Below, piece after piece: positions 1 to 7,187 of a DNA stretch of 35,053 nucleotides (position 1 is the first letter of the stretch; each line of letters starts with the position of its first letter). The position numbers and the translations under genes are program-made. Location: the NCBI GenBank assembly GCA_943354455.1, contig CALRCB010000002.1, forward strand, positions 1 through 35,053, read 5' to 3'. The notes under the pieces are model-generated. The model was not told the DNA's origin. It saw nothing but the letters and a program-made list of their open reading frames with translations, and searched no databases. Source of the DNA: Candidatus Staskawiczbacteria bacterium (GTDB taxonomy: Bacteria; Patescibacteriota; Minisyncoccia; Minisyncoccales; Staskawiczbacteraceae).

Positions 1-12
1 TCTGATACTAAG

Positions 13-84
13 CTCCGCAGGTAGGATTCGAACCTACGACCCATTCCTTAACAGGGAATCGCTCTACCGCTGAGCTACTGCGGA
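13..84 (-). tRNA. tRNA-Asn (anticodon GTT)
   Basis: The reverse complement folds by hand into a 72-nt cloverleaf. Acceptor TCCGCAG/CTGCGGA; D arm GCTC-AGCGGTA-GAGC; anticodon arm ATTCC-CTGTTAA-GGAAT (GTT); T arm GTAGG-TTCGAAT-CCTAC; discriminator G. CCA is not encoded. Confidence 0.93.
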
Positions 85-105
85 GCTCAATATCAGAATA
101 CATAT

Positions 106-133
106 ATAGTACTAAATTTTAAAACTTTTTCAA
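106..133 (-). promoter_or_regulatory. Candidate promoter of tRNA-Asn (TTGAAA-16-TACTAT)
   Basis: On the minus strand TTGAAA lies at 133..128 and TACTAT at 111..106, about 20 nt upstream of the tRNA 5' end. The background is AT-rich, so this is a weak call. Confidence 0.35.
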
Positions 134-136
134 CTA

Positions 137-165
137 TTGACACTGTAAATTAAATCAGTTATAAT
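137..165 (+). promoter_or_regulatory. Perfect consensus sigma-70 promoter (TTGACA-17 nt-TATAAT)
   Basis: TTGACA at 137-142, an exactly 17-nt spacer, and TATAAT at 160-165. It is divergent from the tRNA promoter. Confidence 0.8.
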
Positions 166-210
166 GTACTTAGTTTAACACACCGTGAAACGCAACAAGA
201 TAGGTGCACC

Positions 211-399
211 TTGAAAACTATCCAACAAATAGGCAATGAAGTAATGCTCATGAGCAGGTCAACGGGTGCTAAGGACATCCGCCTCATTATGCACGAGGTT
301 GCAAAAAGATATGGAGTTTCGATAAGTAACATTGCCAAAGAGCTTCGTCGACGCCGAGGTTCAAAGAAATCGCAACAAGAGGCCACCGCCTCACACTAA
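211..399 (+). CDS. Small basic putative helix-turn-helix protein (62 aa, TTG start); an ncRNA alternative is not excluded
   Basis: This is the only sensible ORF between the perfect promoter and the terminator. AGGTG (202-206) lies 4 nt before TTG 211. The central segment DIRLIMHEVAKRYGVSISNIAKEL looks HTH-like and the tail RRRRGSKK is basic. The opposite-strand ORF 159..386 looks like noise. Confidence 0.45.
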   Translation: MKTIQQIGNEVMLMSRSTGAKDIRLIMHEVAKRYGVSISNIAKELRRRRGSKKSQQEATASH

Positions 400-408
400 T
401 TCACCCAT

Positions 409-438
409 ACCGCACGGTTCGCCCTGCGGTCTTTTTTA
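409..438 (+). terminator. Rho-independent terminator
   Basis: ACCGCA(c)GG-ttcgc-CCTGCGGT hairpin (409-430) followed by CTTTTTTATT. Confidence 0.8.
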
Positions 439-459
439 TTCTTAAAATAATGTATAATA

Positions 460-1575
460 TTGGAATATGACCAAATGAAAAAACTGTTTAATATCAAATC
501 ACACTATCAGCGGGTAAAAGAATTTTACTTGCGTTATGAAAGGATATTAATGCCAACCACGCTGGTTGTCGGTTTTTTGATTGATTATGTTACCTTTGCC
601 AACATTAAAATTGAATTCACTTTTACCCTGCTTTTTATCTATTGGCTCATTTCAGGCTTTACCATTACTTTTATTAAATTTTACGATGCAAGTAGAATAT
701 CATTAAAATTTAAATACTTACGCCTGTTTTCTCCTTTAATAATCCAGTTTTCCTTGGGAGCACTATTAAGCAGTTCTCTGGTGTTTTATTGGCTTTCCGG
801 CTCCTTTTCCATCAGCTGGCCGATTATTGTGATTGTGGCAATACTCATGGTATTCAACGAAGTTTTCCGCAGCTATTTTTTAATGCCCCTTACCCAAATC
901 AGCGTCTATTTTTTCACCACCATATCTCTATTTTCTTTAATCCTGCCGTTTGCCTTTCATTCATTAAGTGCCTGGCTTTTTATTTTGGCCGGGACATTAA
1001 GCATTATTCTTTTTTATTTTTACATTCGATTGTTATCTTCCATTCAAAACGACGGAGGCCGGCAGAAAAAATATGGCCTTATTTCTATTGGCGTAATATT
1101 TGGCATAATGAACATTTTGTATTTTACTAATGTCATTCCCCCTATTCCCCTTTCACTGCGGGAAGCCGGGCTGTACCACAATATCCAATTATCTAACGGA
1201 GCTTATAAAATGACTGGTGAAGTTGAAAACATTTGGCAAAAAATAACTCCAGGACAAATAGTTCACGCAAAACCAAACCAGAAAATATATTTATATACCG
1301 CTATTTTTGCCCCAAAACAATTAGAGGCAGAAATTTTGCACGATTGGCGATATTACGATGAACAAAAAAGGGATTGGGTAAGCCAAGACATATTATCATT
1401 TAACATTGTGGGCGGACGTAAAGAGGGGTATAAAGGATATTCGTTTAAATCTGATTTGGCGCCGGGTAAATGGCGGGTGTACGTTAAAAACCATCGTGGC
1501 CAGGTGCTTGGCAAAATCCAATTTACGATTAAAAGAACACAAGAGGAAGTTAAACTTGAGCAAACTGTCCGATAA
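460..1575 (+). CDS. Polytopic membrane protein with a C-terminal soluble beta-rich domain (DUF2914-like)
   Basis: About 6-7 hydrophobic helices in the first ~225 aa. The C-terminal domain ends ...GKWRVYVKNHRGQVLGKIQFTI, which resembles DUF2914 family members from memory. The ORF opens at TTG 460; in-frame ATG 475 is the more likely start. Confidence 0.7.
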   Translation: MEYDQMKKLFNIKSHYQRVKEFYLRYERILMPTTLVVGFLIDYVTFANIKIEFTFTLLFIYWLISGFTITFIKFYDASRISLKFKYLRLFSPLIIQFSLGALLSSSLVFYWLSGSFSISWPIIVIVAILMVFNEVFRSYFLMPLTQISVYFFTTISLFSLILPFAFHSLSAWLFILAGTLSIILFYFYIRLLSSIQNDGGRQKKYGLISIGVIFGIMNILYFTNVIPPIPLSLREAGLYHNIQLSNGAYKMTGEVENIWQKITPGQIVHAKPNQKIYLYTAIFAPKQLEAEILHDWRYYDEQKRDWVSQDILSFNIVGGRKEGYKGYSFKSDLAPGKWRVYVKNHRGQVLGKIQFTIKRTQEEVKLEQTVR

Positions 1576-1595
1576 CTAATCTGCGCACTTTTATT

Positions 1596-1988
1596 ATGAA
1601 TTTCAAATTAAATATTATTTGGCGTAAAAAATTTCGCAAGGTAAGAAAGAAAACTAACGCATTAAAATACAATAAATACAAAAAAATAGCCAAAGAATTG
1701 ACTATCCAAAGAATTGCCCATTTTAATGCTTTTTACCAATTTAAGGTAAATAAAATTACTATTAAAAACCAAAAAACCCGCTGGGGCAGTTGCTCAAAAA
1801 AGGGAAACCTGAATTTTAACTATAAAATCGCCCTACTTCCCCACTACCTGTCAGATTATGTTATTGTTCACGAACTTTGCCACTTAGGGCAATTAAACCA
1901 CTCACCAAAATTTTGGGTGCTGGTTGAAAAAACCATTCCCAACTACAAAAAAATCAAACAAGAATTCAAGAAAATCCGCTTAAGGTAA
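1596..1988 (+). CDS. YgjP/DUF45-type (M48-like) zinc metallopeptidase, short form
   Basis: RWGSCSKKGNLNFNYKIALLP...YVIVHELCHLGQLNHSPKFWVLVEKTIPNYKK matches the YgjP family core, including the HExxH motif. Confidence 0.8.
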   Translation: MNFKLNIIWRKKFRKVRKKTNALKYNKYKKIAKELTIQRIAHFNAFYQFKVNKITIKNQKTRWGSCSKKGNLNFNYKIALLPHYLSDYVIVHELCHLGQLNHSPKFWVLVEKTIPNYKKIKQEFKKIRLR

Positions 1989-2078
1989 TATCGTAAAATC
2001 AGCAGAAGCTAAAGAAAAGATTCCGACTAATAGCAAAGCAACAGCCAGAGCCCCAATGATATATTTTTTAGTGTTCAT
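1980..2078 (-). CDS. Candidate 32-aa signal-peptide/TM micro-ORF directly downstream of the ABC exporter
   Basis: Hand translation gives MNTKKYIIGALAVALLLVGIFSLASADFTILP*. AGGAT lies 7 nt upstream of ATG 2078 and overlaps the ABC gene stop. The ORF is below the size cut-off of the ORF track. Confidence 0.3.
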   Translation of the reverse strand: MNTKKYIIGALAVALLLVGIFSLASADFTILP

Positions 2079-2088
2079 ATATTATATC

Positions 2089-3957
2089 CTACTCCTCATT
2101 AATATCTTCTGTCAAAAAACCACCTGCCTGCAATGTCCACAATTTTTTATACAAACTATTTTGTCGGGCAAGCAAATCAGTATGACTACCTTCTTCGATT
2201 ATCTTACCATTATCTACTACAATAATTCTATCCATTTTGGCTATTGTACTCAATCGATGAGCTATTACAATGGTTGTCCGGCCCTCCATCAAAGTATTTA
2301 ACGCATCTTGAATTAACGCTTCGGAATGGGAGTCCAAACTACTAGTGGCTTCGTCTAAAATTAAAATGGGGGCATTTTTTAAAATGGCTCGGGCAATGGC
2401 AACTCTTTGACGTTCTCCACCAGATAATTTTATTCCCCGCTCGCCCACAAAGGTTTCTAAACCATAGGGTAAATTTTTAATAAATTCATCACAGTGGGCA
2501 AGTTTTGCTGCCTTTTCAATTTCTTTTTTGGTGGCATTAGGTTTCCCGTAGGTAATATTTTCTGCCAAGGTTCGGTGGAATAAAATGGGGTCTTGTGGTA
2601 CTAATGAAATATTTTTTCGTAAACTGTCTTGGGTTACCATTGCAATATCTTTATCGTCAATTAAAATGTGTCCGCCAGTAGGAGTGTATAACCGCAGTAA
2701 TAATTTTACAAAGGTGGTTTTCCCTGCACCTGATGGGCCAATCAGTGCTATCCGTTCACCAGGTTTTACCGTGATATTAATATTTTGCAACACTTTCCGC
2801 GTTTCATTAAAACTAAATTGTAAATTTTTAAATTTAATTTCACCTGTTTTAACTTTTAATTCTTTTGCCTTGGGCACATCAACAATTTCGTGAGGCAGTT
2901 TCATAATTTCCACCATTTCCTTGGCATCGGCATAGCCTTGATATACATCGCGCACAATTCTAGTAAATCCCCATAATTGATGCATCAGATCAATTACATA
3001 CGCCTGCAATAATACAAAAACTCCAATAGTAACCAATCCCTCCTGCCAATATTTTAGAACATAAAAGAATAAAATAAATTCAATGGCAATGCCCAAAAAA
3101 GCTTGCCCAGCTTCTATCACCCAATCCAACCACCAAGTAAATCTTGTCATTGATGCTTGCTTATTAGTGATACTTTTGAATCCTTCTGATTCTCTTTTAA
3201 AAGCGCCAAATAAAGAAACCGTATTTTGATTAGTTAATGTATCAGCTAAATACCCCGTGGTTTTAGAATCAATTTCAGCAACTTTAACATCATATTTTAA
3301 TTTCCAGTTTGAAAATATGACATTAAAGAGCAAAAAGATTACCGCCCAGATTAAAATAATAAGCGCCATCCACCGGTTAATAAACGCAACTACGATAAAT
3401 ATCATAATCAGTTTTACCGCTAGGGGTAATAAATTCCAAAGAATGTTATCCGATAATCTTTCAAATGACCTAGCAAATCGATTAACTTTTTGTACTAATG
3501 AACCAACAAAATTATTAGTAAAAAAAGAATACGAGTGCTCCATAGAATGGTTGTAAGCTTGTTGCTTAAGTTTTGCGATAGTAGCTATTTGATATTTAAT
3601 ATTTGCCGCGGTTCCCAATCGGTAACAAAGCCACTGCACCAAATTAAAAAAGAGAATATAGAAAATAATCACCAATAAACTTTTTGCAACCAAATCTTTG
3701 TCATCTGCAACCACTATGACATCAAAAAATTGTTTATAAAAAATCGGAACAATGATTCCTAAAACATTTGCAGAAATAATAAAACCAATTACCATAAACA
3801 TCCACCATTTTTTTGGTTTAATGCCACACCAAAAAGCGCCCAAAACATCTTTGAGTCCTACTTTTGGATAAATAGTATTTTTCTGTATTTTTTCCATTTC
3901 TTTTTTTATAATATCATTTTTTACATAATACCCAAAATTTTGCTTTGCATTTGACAT
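2089..3957 (-). CDS. ABC transporter, fused permease/ATP-binding exporter (MsbA/multidrug type)
   Basis: N-terminal 6-TM domain. Walker A GPSGAGKTT, signature LSGGERQRVAIARA, Walker B ILILDEATSSLD, H-loop IAHRL. Confidence 0.93.
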   Translation of the reverse strand: MSNAKQNFGYYVKNDIIKKEMEKIQKNTIYPKVGLKDVLGAFWCGIKPKKWWMFMVIGFIISANVLGIIVPIFYKQFFDVIVVADDKDLVAKSLLVIIFYILFFNLVQWLCYRLGTAANIKYQIATIAKLKQQAYNHSMEHSYSFFTNNFVGSLVQKVNRFARSFERLSDNILWNLLPLAVKLIMIFIVVAFINRWMALIILIWAVIFLLFNVIFSNWKLKYDVKVAEIDSKTTGYLADTLTNQNTVSLFGAFKRESEGFKSITNKQASMTRFTWWLDWVIEAGQAFLGIAIEFILFFYVLKYWQEGLVTIGVFVLLQAYVIDLMHQLWGFTRIVRDVYQGYADAKEMVEIMKLPHEIVDVPKAKELKVKTGEIKFKNLQFSFNETRKVLQNINITVKPGERIALIGPSGAGKTTFVKLLLRLYTPTGGHILIDDKDIAMVTQDSLRKNISLVPQDPILFHRTLAENITYGKPNATKKEIEKAAKLAHCDEFIKNLPYGLETFVGERGIKLSGGERQRVAIARAILKNAPILILDEATSSLDSHSEALIQDALNTLMEGRTTIVIAHRLSTIAKMDRIIVVDNGKIIEEGSHTDLLARQNSLYKKLWTLQAGGFLTEDINEE

Positions 3958-3979
3958 CCCTTGTGTAAAAAAGTATAAT
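3951..3979 (+). promoter_or_regulatory. Perfect consensus sigma-70 promoter (TTGACA-17 nt-TATAAT) for the zinc-ribbon gene
   Basis: TTGACA at 3951-3956 overlaps the ABC gene start codon on the other strand. A 17-nt spacer precedes TATAAT at 3974-3979. Confidence 0.75.
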
Positions 3980-4026
3980 TAGATTAATAAAAAAGGTCGT
4001 TTTAATTTCAAAAACAACGTAAAAAA

Positions 4027-4215
4027 ATGTTCAATAAATTTGATAATAATTCTTCTGGAGGAAATTTTCAAAAACCTCCAATGGTACAAGGGAACTGGAA
4101 ATGCAGTGAATGTGGTGTAGAAATCACACAATTGCCTTTTGAACCAGCTCCTGACCGACCAATCTACTGCCGAGAATGCTGGTCAAAAAAGAAACCACCA
4201 CGATTTAACCGATAA
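4027..4215 (+). CDS. CxxC...CxxC zinc-ribbon miniprotein (62 aa)
   Basis: The motif CSEC-x18-CREC has the Pro-rich linker LPFEPAPDRPIY, as in the CxxC-x17-CxxC domain family. The C-terminus is basic. Confidence 0.8.
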   Translation: MFNKFDNNSSGGNFQKPPMVQGNWKCSECGVEITQLPFEPAPDRPIYCRECWSKKKPPRFNR

Positions 4216-4228
4216 TTCTTTGCTAGAC

Positions 4229-4262
4229 AAAAAAAATCCGCCTTTCGGCGGATTTTTTTTAT
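4229..4262. terminator. Bidirectional rho-independent terminator shared by convergent genes
   Basis: AAAAAAATCCGCC-tttc-GGCGGATTTTTTTT, with A-run and T-run flanks on both sides. Confidence 0.85.
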
Positions 4263-4277
4263 TTTTATTATATATCT

Positions 4278-4487
4278 TTACTTTCTTTCTAATTTCATCG
4301 CATTTACTGCCAAGTAAATAGCTGCCAATCCAACTAATACGTATACCAATCGGGAAATCATAGACATTGGTCCGAAAACCATATCTACAATATTTAAATT
4401 TGGGTTTAATCCCACCAATCCCCAATTCAAGCCACCAACGATGACTAAAACTAAAGCGATCATATCTACGGTATTTAATTTTTGCAT
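4278..4487 (-). CDS. DUF378 family small membrane protein
   Basis: 69 aa with two TM helices and the characteristic GGLNWGLVG motif. Confidence 0.85.
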   Translation of the reverse strand: MQKLNTVDMIALVLVIVGGLNWGLVGLNPNLNIVDMVFGPMSMISRLVYVLVGLAAIYLAVNAMKLERK

Positions 4488-4534
4488 TTTTTTAAAAAAT
4501 TACTTTTAAAAATAAACCGACCTTTACATTATCA

Positions 4535-4564
4535 ATTGTACCACTTTGGTAAAAACGTTGTCAA
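4535..4564 (-). promoter_or_regulatory. Candidate promoter of the DUF378 gene (TTGACA-18-TACAAT)
   Basis: On the minus strand TTGACA lies at 4564..4559 and TACAAT at 4540..4535. Confidence 0.5.
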
Positions 4565-4580
4565 AAGTTTATCCACAGAA

Positions 4581-5150
4581 CTACATTGGATTCTGTTGAC
4601 TTATTACGTGCACCTGTTCAACTTGGGCTTTTTTAAGAATCATGCCTTGAATTTCTACGGCGATTTCTTTTGAAAGCGCCGGCATCATAACAATATCGTC
4701 ATCATCACCAGATTTTTGAGATTGATTTCCTTCATCGTGCCCTGACCCAAAAACTGTAATAATAATATCGCTGACACCAAATATTTGGTCAATCAAGCCT
4801 CTAGTAATCTTAACATCTTGAATATGCCTATAAGGAACACCAATTTGTTCAGTTGAAATTAATCCGCGGGATATTTTTAAATCCTTATCATCTACAAAAA
4901 TCCAATAACGAAAATATTGAAGCCAACCGACAAAGACTGATAATGATAAAATAAACAACAGCACTACAAAAGACACTGTAATCAAATTTACGGCAATATC
5001 AATATATTGCGAAGGTACATAGCTCAAGCCAAATAGCCCGACAATAAATAATGGCACCATAAAAAAAGTCACCGCAGTACTCCTGAAAATAAAAACAAGC
5101 AATGTTCTTGACCCGACTGGATGATATTTTTTTATATTGTCTTGTTGCAT
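4581..5150 (-). CDS. Membrane bPH_2 (YdbS/YdbT-like, bacterial PH domain) protein
   Basis: Two TM helices are followed by ...VPYRHIQDVKITRGLIDQIFGVSDIIITV, typical of PF03703. The ORF is open to 5183, but that start would lie inside the upstream terminator hairpin. ATG 5150 sits 6 nt after an extended -10 (TGgTATAAT, 5165..5157). Confidence 0.8.
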   Translation of the reverse strand: MQQDNIKKYHPVGSRTLLVFIFRSTAVTFFMVPLFIVGLFGLSYVPSQYIDIAVNLITVSFVVLLFILSLSVFVGWLQYFRYWIFVDDKDLKISRGLISTEQIGVPYRHIQDVKITRGLIDQIFGVSDIIITVFGSGHDEGNQSQKSGDDDDIVMMPALSKEIAVEIQGMILKKAQVEQVHVISQQNPM

Positions 5151-5170
5151 GTATTTATTATACCACATTA

Positions 5171-5198
5171 AAAAATCCCGCAAAAGCGGGATTTTTTT
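5171..5198 (-). terminator. Rho-independent terminator after the sigma-r4/HARE-HTH gene
   Basis: ATCCCGC-aaaa-GCGGGAT (5175-5192) flanked by A and T runs. Confidence 0.8.
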
Positions 5199-5200
5199 GG

Positions 5201-6229
5201 TTAAGCAGTCTGATTAACTACCTGGAAGTATTTTCCATCAGAATCCTTTTGGAAATACTTTTTGTTGTTTAATTTTATCAAGATAGTATTCTTTTCAACC
5301 ATTCTTTGGCTAAGCACCGCTTTAACAATTTCATCCTTGCTTACCAAATGCGGCTTCTCTTTAAGTACATCTGAAATAACATCTGCAATTGTGCCTGGTT
5401 TATATCCCCATTCACCTAAGGCATACATTCCCCTTCCCACCAAAATAAATCTTGAATCTTTAATTAATTCATTGTGCACAGTTTGGGCGTGGGTTTTCTT
5501 ATTAGGCAAGTTAACGTCTAATTGATCAATCAATGAAGTAATGTCTCTGAAGTGCAGTGGCTTTTGGTGCTTTTTAAATACCAAAAATGCCCGGTCTTTA
5601 ACGCTTCTTGGTCTGATTTCTGGCCAGTCGGTCAAGCCTAGCCTGCCTTCTTTATTTGCTTGAATTATTTTTGACACTTCAAGGTAAGACTCCAGTGCCG
5701 GATTGTTTAAATTATAGTTAGATGCAAATTTATCAGACAGTTCTTGTTTTGATAAAAGATCACCGTGGGCTTTCAAATCTGAAGCCAAAGAATTTAAAGT
5801 GTCTTTTACTTTCTTTTCAGGGTCTTGCATTGTTGACCAGAAATAAAAATAGTCTTTCTTCTCGCATACTCGCTTAAATTGATCTCCAATCATCAAGAAA
5901 AACAATACAAAAGGTTTTTGGTTTTTTCCACCCAAATCTGCCAATACGGTTTCTTCTTTTTTAAATCCACCCCTTTCAGTAAAATAATTTTCAAATTCAA
6001 GAAAAACGTTTTCTAAGACTTCTTTATGATTTTTTTTGACAAAATTAAAACCCACCTCTTCTATTTGGCGGACTCGTTCCCGGGTGATTCCCAGGCTATT
6101 TCCAATAGATTCTAGTGTTTCTATCTTTCCGGTCTTTACTCCAAAACGTCTATCGAAAATGTCTTTCGTTTTTGGGGAAAGGCCACGGGTAAGCTTTGTG
6201 TAAATTTGTGAGTAGTTAATTTTGTTCAT
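5201..6229 (-). CDS. Sigma-70 region-4-like HTH protein with a C-terminal HARE-HTH (RpoE-delta-like) domain
   Basis: The N-terminus TLESIGNSLGITRERVRQIEEVGF is sigma region 4.2-like. The C-terminus ...VHNELIKDSRFILVGRGMYALGEWGY resembles the HARE-HTH motif of the RNAP delta subunit. Confidence 0.75.
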   Translation of the reverse strand: MNKINYSQIYTKLTRGLSPKTKDIFDRRFGVKTGKIETLESIGNSLGITRERVRQIEEVGFNFVKKNHKEVLENVFLEFENYFTERGGFKKEETVLADLGGKNQKPFVLFFLMIGDQFKRVCEKKDYFYFWSTMQDPEKKVKDTLNSLASDLKAHGDLLSKQELSDKFASNYNLNNPALESYLEVSKIIQANKEGRLGLTDWPEIRPRSVKDRAFLVFKKHQKPLHFRDITSLIDQLDVNLPNKKTHAQTVHNELIKDSRFILVGRGMYALGEWGYKPGTIADVISDVLKEKPHLVSKDEIVKAVLSQRMVEKNTILIKLNNKKYFQKDSDGKYFQVVNQTA

Positions 6230-6274
6230 AGTATTTTATCTATAAAACAAGTATATCACAGGGTAGTTCATATG

Positions 6275-7174
6275 TCAAGCCCCCCTTCTCTTTTCACTCC
6301 ATTCTTGCCAGCTGACTAATAATGGGCCGGCAATAAAAATAGAAGAATACGCTCCGGCAACCATGCCAATAATTAATGCCAGTGAAAAATATTTAAGAGT
6401 TTCTCCTCCAAAGAAGAACAGTGAAACCATTACCAATAAAACCGTAAAAACCGTGGAAACAGATCTGCCTACAGTTTGGTTTAAACTCCAGTTAACGGTT
6501 TCATTAAACTTGGCCATTCCCCTTCGCAAAATATTTTCCCTGATCCGGTCAAAAATAACAATCGTATCGTGAACCGAAAATCCTATAATAGTAAGCAGGG
6601 CTGCAATAATTGGAATCGTAATTTCAACGTTATAAAATTTACCCAAGACAGAAAATACGCCAAGTGGAATCAAAATATCGTGGAAAAGAGCAATTAACGA
6701 AGTGATTCCGTACTTCCATGAAGCCACTGGTCGCGATACTTTACGAAAAGCAAAAGCAATGTATATGGTTATGGCCAAAAGCGCCAATATGATGGCTATC
6801 AGAGTTTTATTTCTTAATTCCTGCCCCACGGACGGCCCAATGTATTGGAAGCTTTTTTCTTGAACTGGTGACAATTCATTAATTTTTGTCAGTACCTTTT
6901 GGTGGGTTGCTTCATCAATGCCCTTAAACCTTAACACTGACCCTTTTTCACCCATTGATTGGACAATGATTTCTCCCAATTCAAAACTCAAAAGAGATTT
7001 GGAAATTTCTTCACTAGTAGGTCGGGCATCGGTAAAACTAACTTCTATCGTACTACCACCAGTAAATTCTATGCCAAAATGCAAACCAAACACAATCAAA
7101 GAAATGATTGATAATAAAATCAAAATTCCTGAAAAAATATAATAAACTTTTGAATATTTAATAAATGGAAACAT
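6275..7174 (-). CDS. secF: Protein translocase subunit SecF
   Basis: FGIEFTGGS motif, 6-TM SecD/SecF C-terminal domain, immediately downstream of secD. Confidence 0.93.
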   Translation of the reverse strand: MFPFIKYSKVYYIFSGILILLSIISLIVFGLHFGIEFTGGSTIEVSFTDARPTSEEISKSLLSFELGEIIVQSMGEKGSVLRFKGIDEATHQKVLTKINELSPVQEKSFQYIGPSVGQELRNKTLIAIILALLAITIYIAFAFRKVSRPVASWKYGITSLIALFHDILIPLGVFSVLGKFYNVEITIPIIAALLTIIGFSVHDTIVIFDRIRENILRRGMAKFNETVNWSLNQTVGRSVSTVFTVLLVMVSLFFFGGETLKYFSLALIIGMVAGAYSSIFIAGPLLVSWQEWSEKRRGA

Positions 7175-7187
7175 AATATTTAAATAA

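Noticed and set aside
159-386. 75-aa minus-strand ORF opposite the small HTH candidate
   Set aside because: The translation is Cys/Arg/Ser-rich noise. It runs against the perfect plus-strand promoter and terminator pair.
166-438. Known structured RNAs (RNase P RNA, tmRNA, SRP/4.5S, 6S) in the promoter-terminator unit
   Set aside because: I could not find the GGAAAGUCC or ACAGAA..CCGGCUUA RNase P motifs, a tRNA-like 3' end for tmRNA, or the SRP domain IV GGAA/AGCA motif. The length does not fit 6S well. The region is left as an open question rather than a call.
1-440. Integrated mobile element at tRNA-Asn, prompted by the small HTH gene next to a tRNA
   Set aside because: There is no integrase, excisionase signature, phage or plasmid genes, or visible duplicate of the tRNA 3' end. 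The flanking genes are ordinary membrane and housekeeping genes.
789-1130. 113-aa plus-strand ORF in an alternative frame of the membrane protein gene
   Set aside because: It is fully nested in the 371-aa ORF, whose TM-helix pattern and C-terminal domain are coherent. The nested translation looks like frame-shifted noise.
4570-4578. Perfect DnaA box TTATCCACA, with a second copy (TGTGGATAA) at 24855-24863
   Set aside because: These are two isolated boxes 20 kb apart with no cluster, no adjacent AT-rich unwinding element pattern and no dnaA/dnaN nearby. The second is simply part of a terminator stem. This is not an origin.
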